Below are positions 26,602-39,000 of a stretch of DNA of 64,000 nt, piece by piece. Numbering within the stretch: the first letter of the stretch is position 1; each line of letters begins with the position of its first letter. The stretch is from Eledone cirrhosa (lineage: Eukaryota): positions 134,292,001 to 134,356,000 of the forward strand of contig OZ024742.1 of the NCBI GenBank assembly GCA_964016885.1. The letters are read 5' to 3'. The position numbers and the translations under genes are program-made. The notes under the pieces are model-generated. The model made no database searches and was not told the DNA's origin. It saw only the letters and a program-made list of their open reading frames with translations.

Positions 26602-28226
26602 TCATCATCATTCGTCGATTACTGTCGAGATGATGGATCTCACTCTCATGCCCCAGAATTCCCTGTCCCCCATCGCTGCCCCCAGGTCCTGTCTACTGAT
26701 TCCCGTATCCCTAGAGATAACGTCAGGGAATGACAGCTTCCTACTCCTAGTCAGGCCGGAGTCAGGGTGCCAGAGCAAGAGAGCGGATATGATTTCATTG
26801 CTGGCACGGTGACAGTGGCCAGCAAATTGAGCTTTCCGGGATTTTAGAAGTGCAGAGGCTCGAGGGAGTTTGCCATAGATTTTAGACAAGGTGGGATGTC
26901 GTTTCCAGGATAGGTTTTTGCACTCTCATTAAGAGGCGGGTATATGTGCCATCCAATCTTCTCTCAAGTTGTTATGTTAGTGACCAAGTTTCGGATCCAT
27001 AAAGTAATATGGGTTTAATGGTTGCTTGGAATATTTCCCGTTTTAGCTTGTTGGTAAGTTGAGATGTCCATATGGCGTGCATGTCATTGCACGCTGGCCA
27101 TGCCATACCCTTCCTGGTTAGAAAATCTTTTTTGGAGGAGGAGATATATGAGCCAAGATACTTGTAATCTTCCACCTGCTTAAGGGTGGTACCATTAAGG
27201 GTTCTGATGGGGTAGTTTGGGCTGTTTGCGCATCTGTTCACATACTCAGTCTTGGATTCTTTGAGGTACAATCCAACACAGTTGGACGCTTGCTCTAATT
27301 ACTTCAAAAGACTCTCAGCATTTTCCAGTGACCGACTGATCAATGTGATGTCGTCAGCAAAGTCGGTGTCGGTCAAGTATTATGCTGGGTAGCGTGAGCT
27401 TCTCCTAGGCTGTAGTTGGTATCCCCTATCCTGAATCCTATCCACAGACATGTGCAAAAGATAATCCACAACAATGATAAATAGATACGGAGTAAGGGTA
27501 TCGCCCTGTAAAATTCCAGCGAGGATTGAGAAAGGTGGTGTTTTCCCATCTGGGGTCAGGACAGTTGATTTGGTATCTGTATACATTACACGTATGGCCG
27601 CGATGATTTTATCAGGAATCCTATAGATGTTGTAGAATTTCAAACATCTCCGACCTGTCAACTGAGTCGAAGGCTTTTGAAAAATCAACAAAGATGAGTG
27701 CAAGGTCTAGATTGCGGTTTTGGGACTCCTCTATAAGTCGGCGAAGGCAGAGAATCTGGCTAAGTGTTGATCTATCTCTCCTAAATCCATTCTGGTTGTT
27801 ACGAAGGATTGGCTCAAGAAATGGGATTAAGCGGTTAAGAAGAAGCTTGTTGTATATTTTTGCAGCAATTGCCATGAGACAAAATCCTCTATAGTTGGTG
27901 GCTAAAGAAAGATCTCCTTTTGGGGGCATAGGGATAATGTGAACTGCATGCCAGACGCTAGGTGGTTTATTGGTCTCGAAAGTATGGTTACATAAGTTGA
28001 GCAAAAGGATGTGGAAATGCTCATCCTTCCAAATCAGGGTAGGTATATTATCCGGCCCAAAAGCTTTTGAGGCTTTGAGCTGTTTGATGGCTTCTTTGAG
28101 CTCAGGCATGGTGAAAGGAGAGGTGTTGATTCCTAAAGGCTCTGAAACCTGCCCGGATGGCAGTTGATAGTTATCAGGGAGTCTGGCCTTTTTCTCTAGA
28201 AGGTTTTTAAAATGAACAGACCAATT

Positions 28227-28230
<4 letters not shown>
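26599..28230 (-). mobile_element. RTE-clade LINE, 5'-truncated and frameshifted
   Basis: GPDNIP, NYRG, QNGFRR, FVDFSKAFDSV, GILQGDTL, YKYLGS and LLYGSETW; (TGA)n tail. Confidence 0.9.
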
Positions 28231-28288
<58 letters not shown>

Positions 28289-28293
28289 TATAA

Positions 28294-28349
<56 letters not shown>

Positions 28350-28422
28350 CATTATGAAGAGAGAAGAAACATTTAGATATAATTAGTAATAAAATGTATC
28401 ATACCTAAACTGCTCCTAGATT

Positions 28423-28510
28423 CCTCGACTACGTAGTTTCGTGGCATAAACAAAAACAATACATCATAAAGATATAGAGTCTTTGCGAGGTCTGCCGACT
28501 TATCAAGAGG
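28423..28510 (-). ncRNA. Hammerhead with U3-A8 core variant
   Basis: Reverse complement of the motif at 29101-29188. Confidence 0.75.
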
Positions 28511-29100
28511 ATACCTCGTTTTACTAGCTTCAAGGACGCGTCTACATGACGTGAGAAAGAATCCCAAAAGGCGGAGGGGGAGATAATCACGCGATATAAC
28601 GGTCGAGAAACAGAGCTAAGCCTCTTATAACCCCGAAGAAAATACCACGGAGGCGGAGGGGGTATTTATATCGAAGCCGTATAAGAGGCGGTGAAGGAGG
28701 CGAGAAGTATGAGTAATGGCAGCTTTCCAGCAGTCACCACACTTCAAAGATTACTCGACCAGAGGGAGTTATGAACAATATATTTAGAAACACACAGATA
28801 CATGCGGACACACACATATACATGAATGCATCCACACCCAACGTGAGTTAATGGTGCCAACCTTACCGATGTTGCTCAATGAATGACTGGGACAGACCAA
28901 TCCGGTTGAATTAGACTGAACCAGTATCAGAGTTAAAAATACATTATGAAGAGAGAAGAAACATTTAGATATAATCGGGGTTATAAGAGGCTTAGCTCTG
29001 TTTCTCGACCGTTACATCGCGTGACTATCTCCCCCTCCGCCTTTTGGGATTCTTTCTCACGTCATGTAGACGCGTTCTTGAAGCTAGTAAAACGAGATAC

Positions 29101-29188
29101 CCTCTTGATAAGTCGGCAGACCTCGCAAAGACTCTATATCTTTATGATGTATTGTTTTTGTTTATGCCACGAAACTACGTAGTCGAGG
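29101..29188 (+). ncRNA. Hammerhead with U3-A8 core variant and long stem II
   Basis: cctc-TTGATAA-gtcggca...tgccac-GAAA-ctacgtag-TC-gagg; predicted cleavage after C29184. Confidence 0.78.
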
Positions 29189-29417
29189 AATCTAGGAGCA
29201 GTTTAAGTATGATACATTTTATTACTAATTATATCTAAATGTTTCTTCTCTCTTCATAATGTATTTTTAACTCTGATACTGGTTCAGTCTAATTCAACCG
29301 GATTGATCTGTCCCAGTCATTCATTGAGCAACATCGGTAAGGTTGGCACCATTAACTCACGGTTGGGTGTGGATGCATTCATGTATATGTGTGTGTCCGC
29401 ATGTATCTGTGTGTTTC

Positions 29418-29502
<85 letters not shown>

Positions 29503-29505
<3 letters not shown>

Positions 29506-29790
29506 TGGGTGCTTAGAGCATTGAGCACACAAGCCTTAATTTTTGATTTCGAATCTTGGTCAAGGGTTCTGAGTTGTGATCTTCAGCTAAACATTTTATT
29601 ACATGTTGCTCCAGTTCACTCAGTTGCGAAGTCATTGGGTCCAGGCTGTATCGGAGGCATTGAGAGATGAGGCAGGCATGCATGTCCGACTGCTGATCGT
29701 CCTCAAACACTCCTAGTCCAGCCTTGTGCTTCTAAGGGGAACATTCTACGTGCAGAAACATGCTCATTCGTAACCGAATGGGATCTACCG
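29503..29790 (+). mobile_element. Diverged SINE of a second family
   Basis: tRNA-like head (gatttcgaatc) followed by a central-domain-like segment ttgtgatcttcagctaaacatt...ttgctccagttcactcag. Confidence 0.55.
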
Positions 29791-31120
29791 TATATATATA
29801 TATAATCGATTGCTGAATATAGCAGAAATTATGCTCTTGATATTGGACACTTTGGAAAAAGAGTTTGCTAATGGTAGTGATATTGTCATCGAACTTCTTA
29901 CTAGAAGGTAGGTTTTTATTGCTAGGCGAACATAAAGAGGTAAAGTACGCATTGTGGGTATATCAAATCAAGAAAACAATTTCTAGAGTTGGCGCATGAT
30001 ATACAACAAGCAATTGTAAAGACAAAGCAAAGTTTGCGAATAATCATTATGTTCTGAAATTGATAACATCTTGGAAACCTACTTTAAAGATGCATTATGG
30101 TTAAACTGTCAGATATTTCGGAATCACTTATTGCGCCAAGCTTATCTAAAAAATCATTGTCACAACTGTGTATTAACATACATGGCCCATTGTGCAATGC
30201 AAGAAACACATTATGTGTTGAACACTATTTTAGCAGTTGTGTAGAGGTGTACAGTTTAAAGGGTTGCAAATGTCCCCATATTGAAATCTTTGATAGGAAT
30301 TGCGAAAAATGCGAGATGCAGGTTACTTAAAGTCTCCACCATTTTGTAAGTTCATACCTTCTTCAATAGAACAATGAAATTTCAAGTCAAAAATGTAGCC
30401 TGTTAAAATATTTTAAAATATGAGGGGCGACGATTTTAACTGTTGTCATAAATGGTCAATCGGTCTACTTCTAATACTATAACACGAGAGAAACTGAAAT
30501 TTCGTTAAAGCATTACAAGGATGAAAACGAAACTGTTAGATTTACAAATTACAACATTAGATCCATCTATTAAAAATGATTTCGATGAGGAATACTGTGA
30601 CAATATTACAATGAATAAAGCGAAATATAAAAATGATATTGATAATTGAAGACTTGCAGTTGAAAGAGTTTATGAAAAAGGTCATTGGGTGTATGTCAAA
30701 AATCGGGCTAAGGGTAATTTGAACGACGGAATAGGAATGACAAATATACTCTAATTGCTACTAATAGAAAGAAGGTGAGACTACTAACAATTATGGGAAC
30801 AATTTTAAAAAACGAATTCTCAAAGTGAGACAAAAGTTCTATCTGTTCTATCTATGCACCTGCAGGCTGCTTAGTTTAAGAAGAGGGGCGCCCCTCCCGG
30901 ATACCCTCGAAATCTCAGTTTGTTCAAAATTGGGGATTACCTGAGGCGACAATGGGTGGTTAACACCCCTATTGGTTAATTATAATTGTTGTATTTTTAT
31001 TGTTATTTTGTTATTGTTATTTATATTTTTCGACGTTTTATTTCTAAACACCGAATAACACTGTCTTTTGTATTGTCCCATATATGTATGCCCTCGTGAC
31101 AAATTATTATTATTATTATT

Positions 31121-31210
31121 ACTTTGCCTTTCATCCTTACGGGATCGATGAAATAAAGTACCAGTAATGAACTGGATAATTTTGCTAGCCTTGTGCCTAA
31201 AGTAGAAAAA
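31121..31210 (+). mobile_element. SINE 3' half with (ATT)n tail
   Basis: Match to the SINE family. Confidence 0.8.
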
Positions 31211-31236
31211 ATTATTATTATTATTATTATTATTTT

Positions 31237-31921
31237 TCTTTAAGTCTCAGTCATTGATGTTACTTAACTGGAAAGTTTGTTGAAATGAATATCAAGCCAC
31301 TACCTGCAGCCTCAGATATTCAGGGCGTTTCAGAGTTTACTTGCTGTTCCCAGCAAGCATGCCTTTTGAAGCGTTCCAAAAAGCGTGGCGGGGCCAATTT
31401 TCTTTAACCATCCCTGGACACTTTTTGAGATAGTACCTAGTGCGCCTATGACAATCTTCATGGCAGTTCCAAATCCTTTTTACCTCCTACTTTAAGTCCT
31501 GGTATCGGTTAATGTTCTCCCTCTCCTTCTATTGCACTCTCGTGTCGAATGGGCAGGCCACATCCACAATCAGGCACGATCTCTTTTCCTTGTCCAAAAC
31601 CACCACGCCAGGTCTATTGTGTTCCAGTTACTTGTCCGTCTGTATCCTAAAATCCCACAGCACCTTCAGCTGATCGTTTTCTATCACCGACTCTGGCTTA
31701 TGCTCATACCACTTCTCAGAATGTGGTAAATTGTTTACTTTGCATAGGTGCCAGTGGATCACCCTGCCCATCACATCATGTCTCCAGCCCTTATAGTGAG
31801 TCCGGGCTAGGTGTTTACACTCGGATACAATGTGAGCCACAATCTCCTCTCTCTCTCAACATATCCTGCACAGTGGGCTAGCCTCCTCCTTGTAAATATG
31901 GTGTTTCAACCACTTCGTTTT
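31237..31921 (-). mobile_element. R4/Dong LINE family A 3' fragment
   Basis: Closely similar to 48440-49110 (HIVSECKHLA..RHD..KVLWDFRIQTD). Confidence 0.9.
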
Positions 31922-31929
31922 ATTATTAT

Positions 31930-32094
31930 AAATGTCCCTCGGAAGTCTCCCTCCTATTGGGGAATTTTTCTTTGTTATTTTATTACATCCTCTGTTTTTT
32001 TTTACACGCAGAAATGCCCTTTGTACCGTCCTGTGTTGTTATGTACTGTCCTTAATGTCTACTTTATGTAAACCCTTGTGGTTAATAAAGAAAA

Positions 32095-32096
<2 letters not shown>
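31930..32096 (+). mobile_element. Tx1-type LINE 3' UTR fragment
   Basis: Matches 40687-40860; followed by (ATT)n. Confidence 0.85.
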
Positions 32097-32140
<44 letters not shown>

Positions 32141-32142
<2 letters not shown>

Positions 32143-35100
32143 AGTTGCATTTATCTTGCTTTATGTTCATACAAGTTATCACCAAGTCACAACCAGTGAC
32201 CTCAAGAGACAACAAGGTCCGCCATGTTCAAGAAAGAACATACACACTCACACATGCATCTTTAGTGTTTAGACTTGTGATGTACTTATATTGACAGAAT
32301 CTTCCTTAGTATATGGGCAGTTCCCATTAGTACTATCTTTTGTATTTCTCCTATACGCGGGTTTCCTGCGATTTGCGATAAGTAATCATTAGACCCCTTA
32401 GGTATTATTCCCAGAGCGCCTACAACCACTGGTATTGTTTTAGTTCTCAATTTCCACATTTTTCCAATTTCTATCTCCAGGTCCTTATACTTGCTCAATT
32501 TTTCAAATGTTTTTATAGATACATTCTTGTCTATTGGAACATACATATCAATTAGCAGGCATACCCTCTTTTTAAAGTCCTTCAATATTATACCAGATCT
32601 ATTTGATCTATTTTTCGGTCTGTTTGGATGCTTAAGTTCCACAAAATTGGGATGTGATCGTTTTCAGGTATGGGAGGTGGTTGATGCTCCCACCAATTCT
32701 TTTGATGGGGCAGGTAAAAATGCTTACCCATTATCCAATGTATGTATTGTGCAGCTCTGTCATGCCTGTTTAGGTATTCGGTTGGAGCTATAGGACTGCA
32801 CATTGAAAATATATGGTCAATGGTATCTGGTTGTTTTTTGCATACACGGCATCATGGGCTGCATCCATTTGTTATTATGTTGGCTTGGTAATTTTTTGTT
32901 GGCAGACACTGATCTTATGCTGATATAATCAGTCCTTCAGTCTCCGATTTCAGTCCAGAGGATGCCAACCACTGATGGGTTAAAGTGTTGTCAACATCAG
33001 GATTGTTAGCTCGCTCTGGGTATTTTCCATACAGAGGCTTTTCTTGCCATTTCTTAGCCAGTTTCTGTAGCAGTTCTTTCTTTGCAGTTACTTTTACCTG
33101 CTTGCTTTTTCTGTGTTTTCCATTTCAGCAGTAAATGGGACTTCTGAAATGTGTAGTCCATTACTGTATCTTTGCGCATCTTTTGTAATGGAATATGATC
33201 TTTTGATGCTTTCGTGTTTCAAAATGAGTTTGATCATCCAATCATGTGATTCCCTTAGATATGTAGATAATCCAATTGTTGCAGTTTTCAACGCAATGTC
33301 TAACTGGATTAACCCACGTCCTCCTTCTTTCCTAGGGAGATATATTCTATCTATATCTGCCTTAGGGTGATGCATTCTGTGCATGGTCAAGAATTTTCGA
33401 AATTTTGTATCGAGCCTACGGATCTCTGTGCTTGACCAGTTGATGACATTGTAACTGTAGGTTAATACTGGTATGGCAAGCGTGTCTATGACATCGATCC
33501 TATCCCTTGCATTCAATTCCGTTCTTAAGATTGCTCTTACTCTGCGGTAACATTCCTTCCTTAACCTTTCCCTCATTGTCGAGTGCTTGATTCCGTCTCC
33601 TTCACAAACAGCTAGATATTTGTAAGTTTTTTCTTGATCAAGTTCTCTTATCACGTTCCCCCGATCAAGATTTATGTCTGAACTCTTCAGCAGCTTTCCT
33701 CTGGTGAACGTTGCTTTGGCGCATTTATCTAGTCCAAACTCAATTTTAATGTCATCACTGAGCTGCTCCACAGTGGATAATAGCCCTTGCAATTGTTCAT
33801 CATTTTTTGCAAATAGTTTCAGGTCATCCATGTAGAACAAGTGATTAATGGTTTTGTCATAGACTTTATATCCATGTTTTGTTTCATTGAGCATTTTACT
33901 TAATGGTATAAGTGCGATGCAGTATAAAAGCGGTGATAAAGAGTCACCCTGAAAAATTCCACAATTAATATTAACTTCTCCAGCTTCCAGTGTTTCACTA
34001 TCAAAAGGAGTGTCGTTTTCCATGTCTTCATACTGAATGACAAAAACCTCCTGATAACGGGGGATATTTTGAAAATCTCTAAACATTTTCAATCCAACTG
34101 TGTGGCAAACTATCGAATGCTTTTTTATAATCTATCCAAGCAATCGATAGCTTTTTGTGTCTTTTATGACAATCTTCCAGTATCATTTTGTTAACTAAAA
34201 GCTGATCCTTACAGCCATATGAGCCTCGTTTACACCCTTTCTGCTCAATGGGACATAGGTCATTTGTTATCAGGTGGTCATATCTGTATTCAGTTAGGAC
34301 TGATGTTAAAATTTTATATATTGTGGTCAAGCAAGTTATCGATCTGTAATTTTTTGGATTGTTTGTCTCATCATTCTTCAGAAGCAGGAATGTAATGCCG
34401 TTAACTAGCCATGATGGTATATTTCCTGGCTCCTTAACTATTTCATTGTAAAGTTGGGCTAACAGCTCATGAGACTCTCTGAAGGCATTTATCCACAATT
34501 TTGTATGTTATCTTTTCCTGGGGATTTCCATTTGCTGGTTTTTCTTAGAGCCAAGCGCAACTGTTCAACTGTTATGTTTTCCCATATTTGTTCCTCAAGG
34601 TGAGCTGTATCTTTCATTTGTATGTCTATCCATGGGGCATGTATGTTATGAACTTTTCTTCGGCCCAGATCTTTTCCCATAATTCTTGCACTTCCTCCTT
34701 GGGTGGTATTGATTTAGCAGTTATTGTTGACTTACCAATTTTTCTGTAGAAGTTTCTTTGGTTGTTTTTGAACATATTATTGTCCTTATAGAATCTAGAT
34801 CGTTTTTCAAAGCGCCTTATACGAGCAGCTTTGGCCGACACTTTTTGCTTGATTATTTCTATCAGCATGTCTATGTCACTTGTTGATTTTATACTGTACT
34901 TTCTTTTCAATTTTCTAAGTTTAGTGTGTTTAACATGTTCACCTACTTTATAGTTTGTTAACATTTCTATGTCAGATTGGAGAGGGTTTATTTGGCGATT
35001 GATGTCCTCTTGCCAAGTAGATTTCTTGTGGGAATTCCTTTGTTTTTTCATCTTCACTCCACATAAGTGAGTGGTGACTTTAGCCGATGCATAATAGAGA

Positions 35101-36010
35101 TGATTTAAATCAGTAATGTTTAGTTTGTTTGGGATGATAATGTTTTTGAGAATTATGTTAGTCTTGTGTATTATCTTTTGGTTCTGTTTGGAGTTCTGGA
35201 TCTTAGGGAGGGTGTCTCGTTGCCCCATGTCAGATTCTTTCATTTTCATCCATTCGATCATAATTTCATCCTTCAAGTTGGCAAGTTCATTCTCATTCAT
35301 TTCTTTATTATTTACGATCTCATTATTTTCATTTGGAGTTTCATCCTGAGCATGCACTCCCTCCACTTTTTCGATCTTTTCTTTAATTTGTTCTGTTGCC
35401 AGTGATTCCGCCCCAACCCTGGGATTCGAAGTGTTACAATTTACCTCGTTTTCACTGACACATGTTTCATTTTCCCTTCGCTGACTTTGTGCTAATAGCT
35501 TGATCTGATCAATTTCTATATCAGTTAGTAACTTTTTTCTTATAATATTTCTTCGTATATTGGCTAGTTTGTTACTGTCAATATAGCCTCTGTTTTCGGG
35601 ATGTTTCTTTTTCCAGTTGATATATGTCTGTTCTGTATTCGATGTATTTGATGGGTAGTACATGGCAGTGTAGAAAGCCTCAAGGACTTCTTTATTATCT
35701 TCCCTTGACCATTTTTCTCTCTTTTTCTTTGGATTTCTTGGTGGTGAGCATGGAGGGCCAACAGTAGGAGTATTCCGATTATGGGAGGTCTCCAGCTCCG
35801 AAGTGATGGGAAGGTTTCAACCATTAGCTGATTTTTCGACCCCAGTCTGGTTCCTCTCTGAGGGACGCGGCCCTATTTTACCCGGGTGACGGCCGATCCG
35901 GTATGAGATTTTATCATTAGACATTTACTTTATTTTGTCGCGTTTTATCCTTATCAGCCAAGGGGTAATCATTTCGTGTTACCACTTCTAGAACGAGTGT
36001 CAACCGAGAC
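32141..36010 (-). mobile_element. R4/Dong LINE family B, near full length, frameshifted
   Basis: WKSPGKD, EQKGCKRGSYGCKDQLL, WIDYKKAFDS, GIFQGDSLSP, LFYMDDLKL and RLE KLSKYKDL; (TAA)n at both ends. Confidence 0.92.
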
Positions 36011-36032
36011 TATTATTATTATTATTATTATT

Positions 36033-39000
36033 GAATGCTATAGTTGACGGAGGCTCGGCTCTGTAAGGTATTGTAAATTTTGAACACTATAACAATTGTA
36101 AATTGTTTAAAACTTTAACGAACTTGTAGGCAAAAACACCCTCCTCCTCGTGAGAGGGGTCTTTCTGCCCGTTATTTGGCCCTTCGGGGTTAAATAACTG
36201 CTTATTGGGGTTTTGTACCCAATATTTATTTTAAACAAAAAAAAAAAAACAACATGGCTACGAAAAAGAAATTTCATAGGTAACTCCCACTCATTCCGTC
36301 TTCTTCTTCCTCAATCATCACTACAGCAGAGAGAGGATTGTCCCCCCCCCCTTCTTTAAATGTGTCTCTCTCCCTCCCTTCTCTTTCGCAAGCGACGAAA
36401 GAAAAGAAAAGTCTCGTGCAAAGCGTGCACGGTTTCTCCACGACGACGACGACAGCGACGAAACAGGTGTGCGGGAAATACGAAAACCCAGTTCATTCGT
36501 CTGACGTCAGGAATAATAGCAGTAGCAGCCGTAATAACAACAGCAACAGTGACAATGAAAACAACAGTAGCAGCCGCAACAGCATCACCAGCAGCATAAA
36601 CAACAACAGCATTAGCAACAGCAACACCAACAACAACCACAGCAACAGCGGCGGAGGCAGTAGTCGTAGTACCTGCAGCAACAACAAAAGTAACAGCAGC
36701 TCTGACGACAACAACAACAACAGCAGCAAAGAAAAACCAATCTCATTTGCAGGTATTGCGAAAAACTTGGAAACAATCCTCATAACAAATGAGGAATTAG
36801 AGGAAGCGAAGAAGATGGTGACAAAGACTGGACACCGAGCAATCTGCAAGGCAGCGGAAAAAAAAAAAAATTTTTTCGAAATCCAACAGCACTGTACGGT
36901 CACGTACCTTACAGTAAGTACAAAATCCCGTAGGGTGGAAAGAGCCACAGACGCTCAAATACAAAAAGCCTTGGGGTCTGTGTGGCAGCGGAAAACGCAC
37001 ATCACCCGAGGCAAAACATATGCCACCGTAGACGTACTTTTTGCCACACCCCAGGAGGCAAAGACCCAATCCGGAGTGACCCTAAGGAGCGAGGAAATGG
37101 TTTGGTGCCCTCCTACTGCTGGCAAAAAATAGTGAGGGTCAAACTGACCCACGTCCCCCCCGGGATGGTCCTTTCTTGGCTGGCCGCGTCTGTCCTCGTC
37201 GGAATCGAGGACAAAACAACTGTACTGCAAGTACAGGAAAAAGTAAGAGGAGATTGGGTCGGCACCTCCATTGAGATGCTAATCCAAACCATCGAAGCTA
37301 TCCCGGATGTGATAGACTTCGATAACGGCACTCAACTGCCCATAAGTTTTGAGGGAAAACGCCCGAAATGCTTTCGCTGTGGATCGAAGACTCACCTCAG
37401 GGCCTTCTGCAACGAGAACACCCTGAGAAAGGAGAAAACCCCCTCCTTCCGAAACCGGCTCCACAGCTACCAGCAACAGGACAAGCGGTTACCAGGAACG
37501 ATAGGTCCGTGGCACCCATACCCACGCCACGGAAATCAAAAACAGCAGCAGCAGTGGAAATATTAACAACAACAACAGCAATATCAAATGCAGCTGCAAC
37601 AGAGACTCCAGTGCAAACATCACCAACAACAACAAGTGAAAGAGTGGAGCTGGTACCCCTCCCCGACCTCACAGAATCAGACATGGAGTGTGAGGTGGGA
37701 GAGGGATGGCAAAAGGTCGTAAGAAGGCACAAACGCAGAAGCAGCGCATCGTCGCCTTTGAAAAGGGAGGAAAGAAATAAGAAAAGGCTAAAGTCTACTG
37801 CAAAGAGACCCACAGCAGCAACACCACCAACACCATCACCATCCACACTAGCACCACCATCACCACCGGCGACAACCCCACCGCCAACAACACCTTCAAC
37901 ACCACCACCACAAGCACCAACATCGCAAACACAACAACAAAACACACACACCCAGCAAAAACGACAAGAAAATAGCAGAAATAGTTATGCGGGCGTTGAC
38001 GTGGGCCATCGTCAACAACAAGTGGTGGTTTGCTCTGAAAAGAGCGATTAGAATAGAATCCATTAGGTTTAATAAGGCTTTAGCAATAGAGAAAAATAGA
38101 GCAGAGGGAGAACTAGTTAGAAAATTAGACGAGGCGCTTAGCAAAGGCATCGCGACCGACGTGCTTGCGGCGAAACTGGTCCTTGACCAATTCTTCAATG
38201 CAAAGCACGAAGGTTGCGTTGTCAGGGCAAGGGGGGTGCGTGCTCTCAGACACGAGGGGACGAAAGCCGTTCAATGGGCCCGAGTGGCGGAGGCGCGTCG
38301 TGGCAACAAAGCCACGATCCGGTCTTTGGTGGACAACGACGGGCGCATGATACTCGATCCCGGGCAAATGTATGAAGCTTTTCAGCGACACTTCGCTCAG
38401 CTGTTCGGGGGCAGCGGTGGGCCGGGTCGAGGGATGGACTTTAGTGTCTACCTCGACGGATTGCCGCGGCTCTCGGCCACTGAGGCGAAGTGTTGCGAAA
38501 AGCCGATAACTGCCGCTGAAGTAAGGGAGGCATTGACTGGCTGCACAAGGGGTAAATCGCCTGGTTTGGATGGTCTGCCCTATGATCTTTACGTACAGAT
38601 GCCAGACTTGTTCAGAGGCCTCTTAGCGGACGTCTACTGCAACTGGCAACAGAACGCGAGAATTCCCAGTTCTGTGAGCCGAGGAGCGGTGGCACTGCTG
38701 AGAAAGGATCCTAACAAGGGGGATAACATAGATCATTTCCGGCCCATAACTCTGCTAAACACAGAGTTCAAGATTTTGGCCAAGGTGCTAGCAAAGAGGT
38801 TGGCGCTTGTCGTTGGTTGTCTGGTGGGAGAGGCGCAGTCATGCGCCATTCCCGACACATCCATCCACGACAACCTCCACCTCATGCGATACATCGTAGA
38901 GAGGGTAGCTAAGGAACCTGGCACGGGTGGGTCCTTGATCAATTTAGATCAGTCGAAAGCTTTCGATAGGGTCGACCATCGTTACCTAGCGGCAGTCCTG

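Larger units (their letters stand above)
28346..29425. repeat. 592-bp HHR-containing unit (about 1.06 copies) plus circularly permuted inverted arm
   Basis: tacattatgaagag at 28348 and 28940; inverted arm 28975-29425; (TA)n on both sides. Confidence 0.85.
24900..30750 (+). pseudogene. Ancient Ty3/Gypsy pol remnant (protease-RT-RNase H at about 24900-26300; integrase at about 29800-30750), split by later insertions
   Basis: LLID..SVN (protease-like), FVNFYGRYI, YSHTEKEDLAVVW (RNase H), FLELAHD..AIVKTKQSLR (integrase zinc finger), IHGPL..VEHYFS..EV (integrase core). Confidence 0.7.

Noticed and set aside
36140-36165. cctcctcgtg resembling the L3 loop of HDV-like ribozymes in the Tx1 5' UTR
   Set aside because: P3, P1 and P1.1 pairings do not fit; a simple GNRA hairpin explains it.
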